This document shows positions 14,478 to 26,739 of a stretch of 38,260 nucleotides of DNA, piece by piece. The notes beneath the pieces were generated by a model. The model saw nothing but the letters and a program-made list of their open reading frames with translations, ran no database searches and had not been told where the DNA came from. The stretch is from Burkholderiaceae bacterium (lineage in GTDB: Bacteria > Pseudomonadota > Gammaproteobacteria > Burkholderiales > Burkholderiaceae_A), in the NCBI GenBank assembly GCA_036783055.1, contig DAIPXU010000001.1:1-38260 (forward strand). Direction: 5' to 3'. A program made the translations under genes and the position numbers. Positions within the stretch are counted from its first letter, which is position 1. Each line of letters opens with the position of its first letter.

Positions 14478-14681
14478 ATGCAGATAAATCGTTGCAAGCC
14501 TACAGGCTCCAAGCGCCACCTGCGCGTTAGAAGCTGGAAGACCTTCGCTGTTGTATGCCTGATCGGTGTTGCGGGCCCAATGCCCTTGCTCGGCTGCGGT
14601 CAGAAGGGCCCATTGGTATTGCCCAGCCCGCAATTCCCAGACCCCGGCCCCGGGCAGCCCGCGCCAAAGCCCCTGCCTTAG
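14478..14681 (+). CDS. lptM: Small lipoprotein, LptM/YifL family
   Basis: Lipobox LLGC followed by GQKGPLVLP; divergent from cyaY and upstream of lysA. Start uncertain. Confidence 0.8.
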   Translation: MQINRCKPTGSKRHLRVRSWKTFAVVCLIGVAGPMPLLGCGQKGPLVLPSPQFPDPGPGQPAPKPLP

Positions 14682-14706
14682 CCCCAGATTCTCCAAGTCG
14701 CCCGAT

Positions 14707-16056
14707 ATGCCCACCGAGAATCTGAGCGTCTTGCCGCGGCCCTTCGCTCGCACAGGGGGAGAGCTTTGCTGCGAAGGCATCCCACTATCCGAACTGTGCA
14801 GAGAGCACGGTACACCCCTCTACGTTTACTCCTCGCGCGCCATCATTGACTCTTTTCAGGCCCTACAAACAAGCGCTCCCTTCCCGCTTCAGCGCAGAGT
14901 CTGTTTTGCAGTCAAGGCCAACCCCAATCTGGGGATCCTCAGTCTCCTTGTCAGACTTGGGGCAGGCTTCGACATTGTCTCGACTGGAGAGCTAGAACGC
15001 GTCATCCGTGCGGGGGGTCGCGCCAAGGACTGTGTCTTCTCTGGCGTGGGCAAGTCCGAAAGAGAGCTTCGCCAGGCGGTTCAATCGGGCGTAGGCTGCA
15101 TCAACGTTGAGAGCCAGTCAGAGCTGTTGCAACTCTCTCAAGTGGCATCCACACTTGGGCGGGTTGCGCCAATATCCATACGAGTCAACCCCGATATTGA
15201 CGCCAAGACGCACCCCTATATTTCTACAGGCCTGAAGGAAAACAAGTTTGGCATGGGCATCGACGATGCCCATGCCGCCTATCGGCAGGCAAGGCGCCTG
15301 CCCGGACTTCGAATCGTAGGCGTTGATTGTCACATCGGCTCACAGATCACTCAGCTTGAGCCATTTCTTCAAGCCACGCAACGTGTATTGGCCTTCGTCG
15401 ATGAGTTGGAACGCGATGGTGTTGAACTCGAGCACATCGATCTGGGTGGGGGGCTGGGGATTCGCTACCGTGATGAGACACCACCAAGCGCAGCGGAATT
15501 CATGTCAACAATCGGGGGCTGTGTCCAAGAGTGGTTAAAAAACCGGGTCAACAAGAGTCGTCCATTGTTGATGTTTGAGTTTGGTCGGGCAATTGTCGGT
15601 GCAGCGGGGCTCTTGCTCACGCGCATCGAGGTTCTCAAGCCAGGAACAGCCAAGAACTTTGCGGTAGTCGATGCCGCCATGAATGACCTCATGCGTCCGA
15701 GTCTTTATGAAGCGTGGCATGAGGTCATTAGTCTCAGAGAAAAAAATGTGTTGCCTGGGGCCGGCACGGCCTTGCATTGGGACCTCGTGGGCCCGGTCTG
15801 TGAGAGCGGCGACTGGCTGGCGAGAGACCGGTGCTTGCCCAACCCGGCCGAGGGTGACTTCTTGGCACTGGCCTGTGCCGGCGCCTATGGCAGCTCAATG
15901 GCCTCCAATTACAACAGCAGGCCGCGTCCGGCAGAGATCATGGTGCATCCCAACCAGACTGTGGAGCTCATTCGACGCCGTGAGCAACTCGATTCAATGC
16001 TGCACGACGAGCTGCTCTCTTCTTTTTCGCCTGCTGCCGCCTCAGAAGCCAGATAA
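14707..16056 (+). CDS. lysA: Diaminopimelate decarboxylase
   Basis: FAVKAN PLP-lysine motif, THPYISTG, HIGSQ, CESGD and MASNYNSRPR. Confidence 0.97.
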   Translation: MPTENLSVLPRPFARTGGELCCEGIPLSELCREHGTPLYVYSSRAIIDSFQALQTSAPFPLQRRVCFAVKANPNLGILSLLVRLGAGFDIVSTGELERVIRAGGRAKDCVFSGVGKSERELRQAVQSGVGCINVESQSELLQLSQVASTLGRVAPISIRVNPDIDAKTHPYISTGLKENKFGMGIDDAHAAYRQARRLPGLRIVGVDCHIGSQITQLEPFLQATQRVLAFVDELERDGVELEHIDLGGGLGIRYRDETPPSAAEFMSTIGGCVQEWLKNRVNKSRPLLMFEFGRAIVGAAGLLLTRIEVLKPGTAKNFAVVDAAMNDLMRPSLYEAWHEVISLREKNVLPGAGTALHWDLVGPVCESGDWLARDRCLPNPAEGDFLALACAGAYGSSMASNYNSRPRPAEIMVHPNQTVELIRRREQLDSMLHDELLSSFSPAAASEAR

Positions 16057-16606
16057 CACAGAGGCTGAGGGCAGCCGTGGCAGGTGCCTCGAAATCATTC
16101 TTTCCCGCCTTATGAAGCGCATAGTGAACGATCCCCAACCAGGCCGCTGGCCAAACCATCCAATGCAGTCGCTTCCAGTTCTCGCCGAGTTTTAACTGAC
16201 TCCAGCGATTTGAAGTGAGTGCAAGGGCCAGCAGAGCAAGAAACGACAGGGTTCCCATGGTGACAAAGGGCCGCGTAAAGAGGTCCCGCATGAATGCGGT
16301 CCACAAGAGATCATGCTCAAATTGGGCGAAGGCCAAGAGATGGAGGGCCGCATAAAAGAAGCACCAGAGCCCCAGCATTCGTCTGAGCCGCAAGAGGCCC
16401 AAACCGAAGAGTTGCTCGAGCAGCGGCAGGCTCAAGATAACCAGGAGTAGCGCGACAATCCACTGGCCCATCGCCCGGAGGAGCAATTCCTGGGGATTGG
16501 TCCCCAGACCAATGGTGGCCAGCCGTATCGACCAGTCGACCATCGGGCCTGCTGCCCAACACCAGAGGGTTGCTGCAAGCAGGCGGTCGCGCAAGGCCTG
16601 CCGCAC
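15968..16606 (-). CDS. msrQ: Methionine sulfoxide reductase heme-binding membrane subunit
   Basis: RRMLGL, YAALH, LALTS and WKRLH ferric-reductase TM motifs; GTG start overlaps the msrP stop (TAGTG). Confidence 0.92.
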   Translation of the reverse strand: MRQALRDRLLAATLWCWAAGPMVDWSIRLATIGLGTNPQELLLRAMGQWIVALLLVILSLPLLEQLFGLGLLRLRRMLGLWCFFYAALHLLAFAQFEHDLLWTAFMRDLFTRPFVTMGTLSFLALLALALTSNRWSQLKLGENWKRLHWMVWPAAWLGIVHYALHKAGKNDFEAPATAALSLCVIWLLRRQQAKKKRAARRAALNRVAHGVE

Positions 16607-17598
16607 TAGAAGTATCGCCGAAGATCCATCCCGCGATAGAGAGACTCCACCGCATCGGCGTAGCCATTGAATGGCAGCGTCGCCCTTCTTGCTGCAAATA
16701 GGCTGTCCTCTCCGATGCGGCGCTCGGTGGCCTGAGACCAGCGACGATGAGGGACTGTTGGGTTTACATTGGAGTAGAACCCATACTCATGGGGGGCCGA
16801 CTGGTGCCAACTGCAGACCGGCTGGGTCTCTGTGAGTCGAACTCGAACAATTGACTTGGCGCTTTTGAAGCCGTACTTCCAGGGCACCACAAGGCGCACC
16901 GGGCCCCCGTTCTGAGCGGGAAGCGGCTTGCCGTACATACCCAGTGTCAGAAGCGTCAGCGAGTGCATGGCCTCGTCCAATCGAAGCCCCTCTCGATAGG
17001 GCCACTCCAAAACGCGAGACGAGAGTCCCGGCATCATCTGGGCATCGTTGAGGGTGGTGAATTCAACATACTTCGCCGAGCCCAAGGGTTGGGCCCTGGA
17101 AATCAAATGAGAGAGGCTGTAGCCCGCCCAGGGGATCACCATGGACCAGCCCTCGACACATCGCATGCGATAGACGCGCTCTTCAACGGTGGAGAGTTGA
17201 AACAAGTCATCGACAGCATAGGTCTTGGGCTTGCCTACAAGCCCGTCGACCGTTAGGGTCCAGGGCCTTAACTTGAGTCGCCCGGGCGCATGGCGGGCGG
17301 GGTCAGATTTCTGCGTCCCGAACTCATAGAAATTATTGTAAGTCGTTGCATCGCTCCAATCGGTGGGGCGGTCCATCAGCACATAAGAGGACTTCTGAGG
17401 TGCGGGGGATAGATCTGCGTCTGGCCTCTGTGGGGCGCTCTGCCCCTTGGAGGCGGCCAGGGCAGGGGCAAGCACCCCCGACCCCAGGGTGCCGAGTCCT
17501 CCGAGAGCGCCGACGACGGTCCCCAACGCGGCCATCCGGCCCATTGAGCGCCTTCTCTCCAGAACAAGGTGCTCTGGAGTGATCTCGCTCGGACGCAT
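16606..17598 (-). CDS. msrP: Periplasmic methionine sulfoxide reductase catalytic (Mo) subunit
   Basis: SEITP...RRR Tat-like leader, [15 protein letters not shown] (Mo-ligand Cys), PWKYGFKS and RWSQATER. Confidence 0.96.
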   Translation of the reverse strand: MRPSEITPEHLVLERRRSMGRMAALGTVVGALGGLGTLGSGVLAPALAASKGQSAPQRPDADLSPAPQKSSYVLMDRPTDWSDATTYNNFYEFGTQKSDPARHAPGRLKLRPWTLTVDGLVGKPKTYAVDDLFQLSTVEERVYRMRCVEGWSMVIPWAGYSLSHLISRAQPLGSAKYVEFTTLNDAQMMPGLSSRVLEWPYREGLRLDEAMHSLTLLTLGMYGKPLPAQNGGPVRLVVPWKYGFKSAKSIVRVRLTETQPVCSWHQSAPHEYGFYSNVNPTVPHRRWSQATERRIGEDSLFAARRATLPFNGYADAVESLYRGMDLRRYF

Positions 17599-17608
17599 TC
17601 GAAGGATT

Positions 17609-18952
17609 TTAGAGTTGGCCGTAAGAGTGAAGGCCAGAGAGGAACATGTTGACCCCGAGGAAGGCAAAGCCGGTGATCAACAGACCGACCAAGGACCAGT
17701 AGGCGGCGAACTGGCCTCTTAGACCCTTCATCAGGCGAAGGTGAAGCCACGCTGCATAGTTGAGCCAGACAATGAGGGCCCAGGTCTCCTTGGGATCCCA
17801 CTGCCAATAGGTGCCCCATGCCTCTGCGGCCCAGAGCGCGCCCAAGATGGTGGCCACAGTGAAAAACGCAAAGCCAATGGCAATGGCTCGGTACATCACG
17901 TCGTCCAGAATCTCGAGTGACGGCAGTGCCTCAGCAATTCGTGATCGCATTGCGATAATGCCACCCACAAAAACAGCAGAGATTCCGAAGTAAATGGCCC
18001 AGTAGTCGGGCAGGCCGGATCGCCGAAAGACCAGCGGTTCCGCGCAAAGCAAGACACCCAAGATAAACAAAGGGGCCAGAGACTTCCAATTTCTGGTGCC
18101 TGCATTCACCTTGATGAGGTATGCGAAGGCCACCATAGCGGCGATGGAGAAGGTGCCATATCCAACAAAGTTTGCTGGCACATGAATCTTCATCCACCAG
18201 GATTGCAATGCGGGGACCAGTGGCTGGATTTCATGGGCCGACCGAGTGGCCATGTACCAGAGCAGAAAGCCCACAGCGGCGACGATGATGATTGAGACAA
18301 AGGCCCCAAGGCTTCGCGTCTGGTATCGCTTCTCATAGAAGAGATAAAAGAGTGCAGTGATTAGGGCAAACAAAATGAAGACCTCGTAGAGGTTGCTCAC
18401 CGGGATATGCCCAACATCGGGTGAAATCAAATAAGACTCGTACCAACGAACAAAGAGGCCAGTAAAGCCCATGACCGAGGCCGCCCAGGTCAGGGTCGTT
18501 CCGGCCCATAGGGCCGTGGGCCCTCTGAAAATCAAGCCAATCCAGTAAGCCACACTTGCAAAGGCAAACAGAGCACACATCCAGAGGATGGCACTCTGGG
18601 AAGAGAGCAGATACTTCAGAACGAAACTCTTCTCTGCCATGGCGATGTCGCCCGTGTAGGCGGAGATCCCAACAAGCGCGAGGGCAGCCGTGCCCAGAGA
18701 AAACAAACGCAGAGCGGGCCACAACCAGCCCAAAAAGACCATTCCTGGAACACAGGACCAGAGGATGACCTGCTCATAGATGTCCATGAAGGCGCTGTAG
18801 CGGTGCGTTGCAAAGCCCGCAGCAGCCAAGAGAATGAGGGCAAATACGCCGTCTGGCCAGCGGAGCCGACCCCCGCCGACGGCGACAATTCCCTCGGATG
18901 CAGGGGGGTTCGATGGCTGGGCGGTGGGATTCGATAAAACACTGGTGTTCAT
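17609..18952 (-). CDS. ccsB: System II cytochrome c biogenesis protein (CcsA/ResC WWD subunit, often annotated CcsB)
   Basis: [34 protein letters not shown] and terminal GLHSYG. Confidence 0.95.
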   Translation of the reverse strand: MNTSVLSNPTAQPSNPPASEGIVAVGGGRLRWPDGVFALILLAAAGFATHRYSAFMDIYEQVILWSCVPGMVFLGWLWPALRLFSLGTAALALVGISAYTGDIAMAEKSFVLKYLLSSQSAILWMCALFAFASVAYWIGLIFRGPTALWAGTTLTWAASVMGFTGLFVRWYESYLISPDVGHIPVSNLYEVFILFALITALFYLFYEKRYQTRSLGAFVSIIIVAAVGFLLWYMATRSAHEIQPLVPALQSWWMKIHVPANFVGYGTFSIAAMVAFAYLIKVNAGTRNWKSLAPLFILGVLLCAEPLVFRRSGLPDYWAIYFGISAVFVGGIIAMRSRIAEALPSLEILDDVMYRAIAIGFAFFTVATILGALWAAEAWGTYWQWDPKETWALIVWLNYAAWLHLRLMKGLRGQFAAYWSLVGLLITGFAFLGVNMFLSGLHSYGQL

Positions 18953-20991
18953 AATGATTTCCTAGAAGGTGCCTGCTCTAAGACGCCTTTGAGTTCACTA
19001 AATTCCCGATCAAAATCCAAGGATGTGCGAGGGCTTGAGGCCGCCATGCGCAGTCGCATCTCACCCCCTGGTGCTTCAGCACCCGATGCCCAGACCCAAA
19101 CGCGGCGCTCCTGAACATAGAGCATCCCGAAAATTCCCAGAACGAGCAATAGGGATCCCAGGTAGACCGTGGCCTGTCCGGGCGATCGGGTGACCTGAAA
19201 GACCGAGGCTTTGACCTCGGTGAAGTCCCGCATGGTCACCAGCAGAGGGGCCTCGAGGAGAAGTGCGTCACTGTAAGCCGTGAGTGCACGTTGAGCAAAG
19301 GCTTGTCGGTCCTCTGTTGAGACCAAGCGCGGCAGGCCATCTCGCAAACGAGCCAGTTGCCAAGTCTCCCAGAAGGCACCACTGAGCATTCGGACCACGA
19401 CATCCGCCGCCCGCTCACGCTCCGTCTCTGGAACGGATCGCTCCAGAATGGTGGCGAGGTTATTGAGGCCACCCTCCGCCACTGCATCCAAGGCCCGTTG
19501 CGCGCTGGCTGCCAAGGCAAGACGCATAGGCTCGGGTGCGGATGCCCTTGCAAACGCCAGGGAGGCCTGTCGGCGCAACTCGGGATCATTCATGGCTGCC
19601 CGAATCCGCAGAAACTCATCGAGGGATTCTTTGTCGTCTGCAGGGATGCGCAGATATCGAAACTGCTCGTCGGGAGAGGCGCGCACGCCGGTAAGAAACA
19701 CTTTGCTCCCCTCGAGTTCGATGGGCAGCATGTAACTGTGAAACTCCTTGGCCTGGCCGGCCTCGTCACGTAGCTTGTAATTAAAACTTGCCCCAACGTT
19801 CTGCAAGAGCTTGGTCTTTTCGCGATTGACCGCTGGAGAGAGCACCGAGGCCACATGGTCCTTGAACACCTCGTTGATTGGCTCGCCCTCGCCAATGCTC
19901 TCCACATTAATGGCTTTAAAGCCGCTGATCTCCAGTCCGAGGGTCTGTTGTGCGCTTCGAAGCGGAATAGACTGACCGACATTCAAGGCGATTTCCAATG
20001 GCTTGCGCGTGGGCCCCACAATTGGGTGGGCCTGCAGTTTCAAGGCGGAGCCTCCGTCGTCAAAGCTGGACTGGTAAATCGCAATGCCATCATGAACAAG
20101 GGGTTTGTTGACCTCGATGGTGGCGGTTCGAGTCTCGCCGGATTCCTTGTCGCGCAAGACCACGTCACTGGCAAAGAGCTTGGGCATTCCCGTGTTGTAG
20201 TACTCAATGCGAAACTGCTTAAGTTCAAGCTCGAATGGGAGGTCGAGAATGAAGGCGCCCGGCTGTTGACTGAGGACCGCAAGGGCGGAGCGTTCACCCT
20301 CCGGAATCAAGAGATTGGCCCGAAAGCTCGGGGTGCTCTGGGGTAACTTGCCGCTGGCGGGGATCGTGTCATGGGTGAGGCCACTGAGTTGGACGGGGGC
20401 TTTTTCCCAGTACCAGGCCATTACCCGGGTGGGAATCTCGCTATCGAGTAGGCCGCCAAGACAGACGATGACAATTGAGAGATGAGTGGCGATGTAGCCC
20501 AGTCGGCCCATCCCGCCCTTCTTGGCGACCAGAACTGGGCTCGACTGGTTCAGCGATTGTGCCGCCACAGGGGCAAGTCGACGGACCTGGAAACTCCTCG
20601 CACGCAAGGCGGCCTCCAGGCGATCGATGGCCATATTCGACTCCTCGGGGCGAAGTCCCTCCTGCGTCGATCGGTAGCGAAAGGCTGCGAATGCGCTCTC
20701 ACGAACGTTCTCCCGCCATGCGCGGGCCTCTCTAAGCATTTTTGGCGTGTTGCGGACCACGCAGAGACTGGTGGAGACGAGCATGAGCACCATCACCAAC
20801 AAAAACCAAGGCGCGTTGTAGACCCGAAAAAGGTCAAATCGGGAGAACACTTCGGCCCAGAAGGCCCCGAATTGGTTGACGTAATTGATCGGGGCGGCAT
20901 TCTGGCTCACGATGGTGCCAATCGCGCTTGCGATACAGACGATCGTCAAGGCGGAAATTGCAAATCGCATGGAACTAAGAAGTTCGACCAC
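18949..20991 (-). CDS. resB: System II cytochrome c biogenesis protein ResB/Ccs1
   Basis: LLSSMRFAI, GYIATH and PKLFASD, large periplasmic domain and C-terminal TM segment. The true N-terminus probably extends to about 21090. Confidence 0.93.
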   Translation of the reverse strand: MVELLSSMRFAISALTIVCIASAIGTIVSQNAAPINYVNQFGAFWAEVFSRFDLFRVYNAPWFLLVMVLMLVSTSLCVVRNTPKMLREARAWRENVRESAFAAFRYRSTQEGLRPEESNMAIDRLEAALRARSFQVRRLAPVAAQSLNQSSPVLVAKKGGMGRLGYIATHLSIVIVCLGGLLDSEIPTRVMAWYWEKAPVQLSGLTHDTIPASGKLPQSTPSFRANLLIPEGERSALAVLSQQPGAFILDLPFELELKQFRIEYYNTGMPKLFASDVVLRDKESGETRTATIEVNKPLVHDGIAIYQSSFDDGGSALKLQAHPIVGPTRKPLEIALNVGQSIPLRSAQQTLGLEISGFKAINVESIGEGEPINEVFKDHVASVLSPAVNREKTKLLQNVGASFNYKLRDEAGQAKEFHSYMLPIELEGSKVFLTGVRASPDEQFRYLRIPADDKESLDEFLRIRAAMNDPELRRQASLAFARASAPEPMRLALAASAQRALDAVAEGGLNNLATILERSVPETERERAADVVVRMLSGAFWETWQLARLRDGLPRLVSTEDRQAFAQRALTAYSDALLLEAPLLVTMRDFTEVKASVFQVTRSPGQATVYLGSLLLVLGIFGMLYVQERRVWVWASGAEAPGGEMRLRMAASSPRTSLDFDREFSELKGVLEQAPSRKSL

Positions 20992-21106
20992 CTCCCGGAA
21001 CCATGCCGCGCCGACTGCGAGTTCAAGCCCTCCCGTGCTCGAGCGCCCCTCGGAGACGGTCTCCGGAGCTGCGTTGAGGGGACTGGTTATTGATTGAGCG
21101 GAAGGT

Positions 21107-21763
21107 TTAGCGGAGTCCAGCGACGTAGACAGATAGGGCCTCGATTTCTTGGTCCGAGAGTAGGGCGGAGATGGTCATCATCTGACTGCTGTTGGCTCGC
21201 TGCTTAGAGCGAAATGCCACCAGTTGAGCCTTTGTGTAGTCGGCATGCTGGCCCGAGAGGCGCGGATACGCCGCGGGAATGCCAGCGCCATTGGGTGCAT
21301 GACAGCCCACGCAGGCAGGGATACCCTTGGACGGCACGCCGCCACGATAGATGCTTTGACCCAGGGCCACGACCTCTTTGTTTTGAGCAAAGGAGGGCTT
21401 GATGGGCTGCGCCGCATAAAAGGCCGAAACATTTCGGATGTCCTCAGGGCTCAGCGTGGCAGCAAACCCGGCCATGATTGCGTTTTCACGTTCGGCCTTG
21501 GTTGCGCCTGGCTTGACACGGAAGTTGAGAAGTTGCTTCTCCAAGTAGGCGGCGTGCTGACTCGCAAGAATGGGGTTCATTGGCGCCGCACTGTTGCCAT
21601 CGGCGGCATGGCACGCAGCACAGACCTGGGCTGCCACGGCCTGGCCCTTGGCGATGTCTGCTTTGGGCGCTGCCGACGGGGCTGCAGCCCAAGTCGGGGC
21701 GCTACCGACGCAGCCGAGCAAAACCAATGCACGCGAAAGGGGGCGATAAAAAGAGACGGGCAT
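21107..21763 (-). CDS. Diheme cytochrome c4 (c553/c554 family)
   Basis: Signal peptide and two CxxCH motifs (CAACH, CVGCH) with distal Met ligands. Confidence 0.93.
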   Translation of the reverse strand: MPVSFYRPLSRALVLLGCVGSAPTWAAAPSAAPKADIAKGQAVAAQVCAACHAADGNSAAPMNPILASQHAAYLEKQLLNFRVKPGATKAERENAIMAGFAATLSPEDIRNVSAFYAAQPIKPSFAQNKEVVALGQSIYRGGVPSKGIPACVGCHAPNGAGIPAAYPRLSGQHADYTKAQLVAFRSKQRANSSQMMTISALLSDQEIEALSVYVAGLR

Positions 21764-21811
21764 GTCAAACTCCGTGGAGAATAATCATTAGGGTAGAGCC
21801 CTAGATTTTAA

Positions 21812-23555
<1,744 letters not shown>

Positions 23556-23598
23556 GCCGGGACCTTTACGACACTTAGTGTTGAGGCCCGCTATCGAG

Positions 23599-23639
23599 AT
23601 CGAGGCGGACACCCAGTCTGGCTGGGCACCCGCATCGAT
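23599..23639 (-). terminator. Long hairpin at the 3' end of the alpha operon
   Basis: Minus-strand AUCGA-U-GCGG-GUG-CCCAG-ccaga-CUGGG-UGU-CCGC-C-UCGAU. Three G.U pairs form only on the minus strand; there is no U-tract. Confidence 0.4.
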
Positions 23640-23646
23640 TCGGGGG

Positions 23647-24033
23647 CTAGTTCGCCTCCACCGGCTCGGCAACCTCTGGACGATCGACCAGTTCCATAAG
23701 TGCCATGGGCGCGTTGTCACCCTGCCGAAAGCCCCATTTAAGAATTCGGCAATAACCACCTGGACGGCTTGCATACCGCGGACCAATCTCGTCAAAAAGC
23801 TTGATCACCATGTCGCGATCCCGCAGGCGATTGAATGCAAGCCGCTTATTGGCCAGGGTGGGGGACTTCCCAATAGTGATCAATGGTTCGACCACTTTCC
23901 TCAACTCCTTGGCCTTCGGACGCGTCGGGCGGTTGGCTTCTTGGCGTAGCAGGGCTTTGGCCATGTTTCTAAACATGGCCGAACGATGACTCGAGGTTCG
24001 GTTGAGCTTGCGCAATCCATGGCGGTGACGCAT
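23647..24033 (-). CDS. rplQ: 50S ribosomal protein L17
   Basis: [23 protein letters not shown] and RPGGYCRI; follows rpoA. Confidence 0.97.
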   Translation of the reverse strand: MRHRHGLRKLNRTSSHRSAMFRNMAKALLRQEANRPTRPKAKELRKVVEPLITIGKSPTLANKRLAFNRLRDRDMVIKLFDEIGPRYASRPGGYCRILKWGFRQGDNAPMALMELVDRPEVAEPVEAN

Positions 24034-24051
24034 CGCAATTCTCCTTCTGTA

Positions 24052-25026
24052 TTAGCGGTCGAGACCGGCCGGTGGCCAGTTCTCGAGTTTCATTCCCAAC
24101 GTGAGGCCACGAGAGGCCAGAACCTCTTTGATCTCGTTGAGTGACTTGCGGCCCAGATTCGGCGTCTTGAGGAGTTCATTCTCTGTGCGCTGAATCAGGT
24201 CGCCGATGTAATAAATGCTCTCGGCCTTCAAGCAGTTTGCGGAGCGCACCGTCAGTTCCAAATCGTCCACAGGACGCATGAGCATGGGGTCCACCTGCGC
24301 CGAGCGAGAGGCTTCTGCGATGGGCTCACCGCCCTCGAGCGCAGCGAACACAGACAACTGCTCAACTAGAATACGGGCCGATTGACGAACCGCATCTTCA
24401 GGCTCAAGCACACCACTGGTCTCCACCTCAAGGACGAGGCGATCGAGGTCGGTTCTCTGCTCGACCCTTGCGCTCTCAACGGCATAACTTACCCGACGAA
24501 CCGGGGAAAAGGATGCGTCGAGGACGATGCGACCAATCGAACGGCTGGTCTCGTCACCGACATTTCGAAGGGTTCCGGGCACGTAACCGCGGCCCTTTTC
24601 GACACGGGCCTGAAGCTCAAGTCGAACATCGTCGGAGAGGTGTGCAATGACATGCTCGGGATTAAGGATGGTGACGTCGTGGGGGAGATCGAAATCGGCG
24701 GCAGTGACAACACCCGGGCCTTGCTTGCGCAAGGACAGCAAGACATCGCCACGGCCCTCGAGGCGAAAAACAACCCCCTTAAGATTGAGGAGGAGGTCGA
24801 CGACATCCTCTTCCATTCCCTCGATGGTGGAGTACTCATGGACAACACCAGCAATTTGGACCTCGGTAGGCGCGTACCCCTCCATAGACGAGAGCAAAAC
24901 ACGACGAAGCGCGTTGCCAAGCGTATGGCCAAACCCGCGCTCAAAGGGCTCCATGACAATCTTTGCCGTGTTGGTGCCTGTGGGTTCGACCTCAATGATG
25001 CGGGGCTTCAGAAATGCATTCAGCAT
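24052..25026 (-). CDS. rpoA: RNA polymerase alpha subunit
   Basis: [17 protein letters not shown] and [12 protein letters not shown]...PNLGRKSL. Confidence 0.99.
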   Translation of the reverse strand: MLNAFLKPRIIEVEPTGTNTAKIVMEPFERGFGHTLGNALRRVLLSSMEGYAPTEVQIAGVVHEYSTIEGMEEDVVDLLLNLKGVVFRLEGRGDVLLSLRKQGPGVVTAADFDLPHDVTILNPEHVIAHLSDDVRLELQARVEKGRGYVPGTLRNVGDETSRSIGRIVLDASFSPVRRVSYAVESARVEQRTDLDRLVLEVETSGVLEPEDAVRQSARILVEQLSVFAALEGGEPIAEASRSAQVDPMLMRPVDDLELTVRSANCLKAESIYYIGDLIQRTENELLKTPNLGRKSLNEIKEVLASRGLTLGMKLENWPPAGLDR

Positions 25027-25054
25027 GTCGTTCCTTCTCTATCGATCGATTCAA

Positions 25055-25678
25055 TTAGCGGGAATAGAGCTCAACAATGAGGCTCTCGTTGATCTCTGCC
25101 GACAGGTCGGAGCGATCGGGTGTTTGTTTAAAAACACCCTCCATCTTTTTCGGGTCCACCGTGACCCATCCCGGAAAGCCGTTTTGCTCGGCCAACTCGA
25201 GTGAGGCAATGATGCGTGCCTGGCCGCGGGATTTCTCCACGATCGAGACGACATCATTGGGCATCACTTGTGCCGATGGAATGTTGCAGGGCTTTCCGTT
25301 CAGGAGAACGGACCGGTGGCTGACGAGTTGCCGTGCCTCAGAACGTGTGGAACCAAACCCCATGCGGAAGACCACATTGTCGAGACGAGACTCCAGCAGT
25401 TTGAGAAGGCTCTCGCCGGTGTTTCCTTTTCTCTTCGATGCCAGCGCAAAGTAACGGCGAAATTGGCGTTCAAGCATTCCATAGATGCGCTTGACCTTCT
25501 GCTTCTCGCGAAGCTGCTTGCCATAGTCCGAGGTACGTGCGCCAGAGGTGCGTCCGTGCTGACCGGGTTTGCTGTCTTGCTTGCACTTTGATTCAAGCGA
25601 ACGCCGTGCACTCTTTAGACCGAGGTCGGTGCCTTCCCGACGCGATAACTTACAACGAGGACCAACATAACGTGCCAC
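25055..25678 (-). CDS. rpsD: 30S ribosomal protein S4
   Basis: [20 protein letters not shown] and VELYSR; GTG start. Confidence 0.99.
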   Translation of the reverse strand: MARYVGPRCKLSRREGTDLGLKSARRSLESKCKQDSKPGQHGRTSGARTSDYGKQLREKQKVKRIYGMLERQFRRYFALASKRKGNTGESLLKLLESRLDNVVFRMGFGSTRSEARQLVSHRSVLLNGKPCNIPSAQVMPNDVVSIVEKSRGQARIIASLELAEQNGFPGWVTVDPKKMEGVFKQTPDRSDLSAEINESLIVELYSR

Positions 25679-25788
25679 TTCGATTCCTTTTCGAAAGCCG
25701 TCCCTTCTGAGGGGGACGAAGTGTTCGGAGCACTCCGAACGGTGGACTTAAACAAGGCGAACCCATGCAGGATCGCCACCCTTAAAAC

Positions 25789-26190
25789 CTAGATGCGGCG
25801 ACGCTTCGGTGGCCGGCAGCCGTTATGAGGGACCGGCGTCACATCGGAGATTTGTGTCACGCGCATTCCCAATGAATTGAGTGCGCGAACGGTGGACTCG
25901 CGACCGGGGCCTGGGCCCTTGATACGGACCTCAATGTTCTTCACCCCACACTCGAGCGCAACACGACCAGCGGCCTCCGCAGCCACCTGGGCAGCAAAAG
26001 GGGTGCTCTTGCGACTGCCCTTGAAACCTGCTCCGCCCGAAGTCGCCCAAGACAGGGTGTTCCCCTGTCGGTCGGTAATGGTGATGATGGTGTTGTTGAA
26101 GGAGGCGTGAATGTGCGCGACGGCGTCGGTTACGTTCTTGCGAACCTTTTTACGAGTGCGCTGCCCAGATGTGGATCCAGCTTTTGCCAT
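25789..26190 (-). CDS. rpsK: 30S ribosomal protein S11
   Basis: [16 protein letters not shown] and [13 protein letters not shown]. Confidence 0.99.
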   Translation of the reverse strand: MAKAGSTSGQRTRKKVRKNVTDAVAHIHASFNNTIITITDRQGNTLSWATSGGAGFKGSRKSTPFAAQVAAEAAGRVALECGVKNIEVRIKGPGPGRESTVRALNSLGMRVTQISDVTPVPHNGCRPPKRRRI

Positions 26191-26205
26191 GTCTTGCTCC
26201 TAGCC

Positions 26206-26571
26206 TTATTTCTTCAGAGTGATGCTGCCCTTGCGTGGGCCTTTGCGAGTCCGTGCATTGGTGCGAGTTCGCTGACCACGAACCGGAAGGCCCTTGCGAT
26301 GCCGCATTCCACGGTAGCAACCCAGGTCCATCAAGCGCTTGATCGACATCGAGACCTCACGGCGGAGATCGCCCTCGGTCGTGAACTTGCCCACCTCGGA
26401 GCGCAGCCGATCAAGCTCATCGTCAGTGAGGTCCTTGACCTTCTTCGAGGGTGACACACCAGCTGCCTCGCAGATCAGCCGTGCGCGGGGTCGTCCAATA
26501 CCGAAAATGGCAGTGAGGCCAATCTCGGCATGTTGGTGGCTGGGAATATTGATGCCTGCAATACGTGCCAT
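26206..26571 (-). CDS. rpsM: 30S ribosomal protein S13
   Basis: [10 protein letters not shown] and [18 protein letters not shown]. Confidence 0.99.
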   Translation of the reverse strand: MARIAGINIPSHQHAEIGLTAIFGIGRPRARLICEAAGVSPSKKVKDLTDDELDRLRSEVGKFTTEGDLRREVSMSIKRLMDLGCYRGMRHRKGLPVRGQRTRTNARTRKGPRKGSITLKK

Positions 26572-26583
26572 GCGATGGTCTCC

Positions 26584-26697
26584 TTAACCTTGCCGCTGCT
26601 TGTGACGCGGGTCGGTACAAATCACACGAACCACGCCATGGCGTTTGATGATCTTGCAGTTGCGGCAGATGCGCCTAACCGATGCGAGTACTTTCAT
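26584..26697 (-). CDS. rpmJ: 50S ribosomal protein L36 (Zn-ribbon type; not in ORF track)
   Basis: Manual translation gives [37 protein letters not shown]. Confidence 0.98.
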   Translation of the reverse strand: MKVLASVRRICRNCKIIKRHGVVRVICTDPRHKQRQG

Positions 26698-26739
26698 GAT
26701 CGATCCTCTTACTTTCCGTTCAGTAACTTAAGCATTCTT

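Noticed and set aside
17299..17308. GGGGTCAGAT, similar to the palindrome core, inside msrP
   Set aside because: It encodes conserved K-S-D-P residues and has no flanking inverted arms, so it is probably coincidental.
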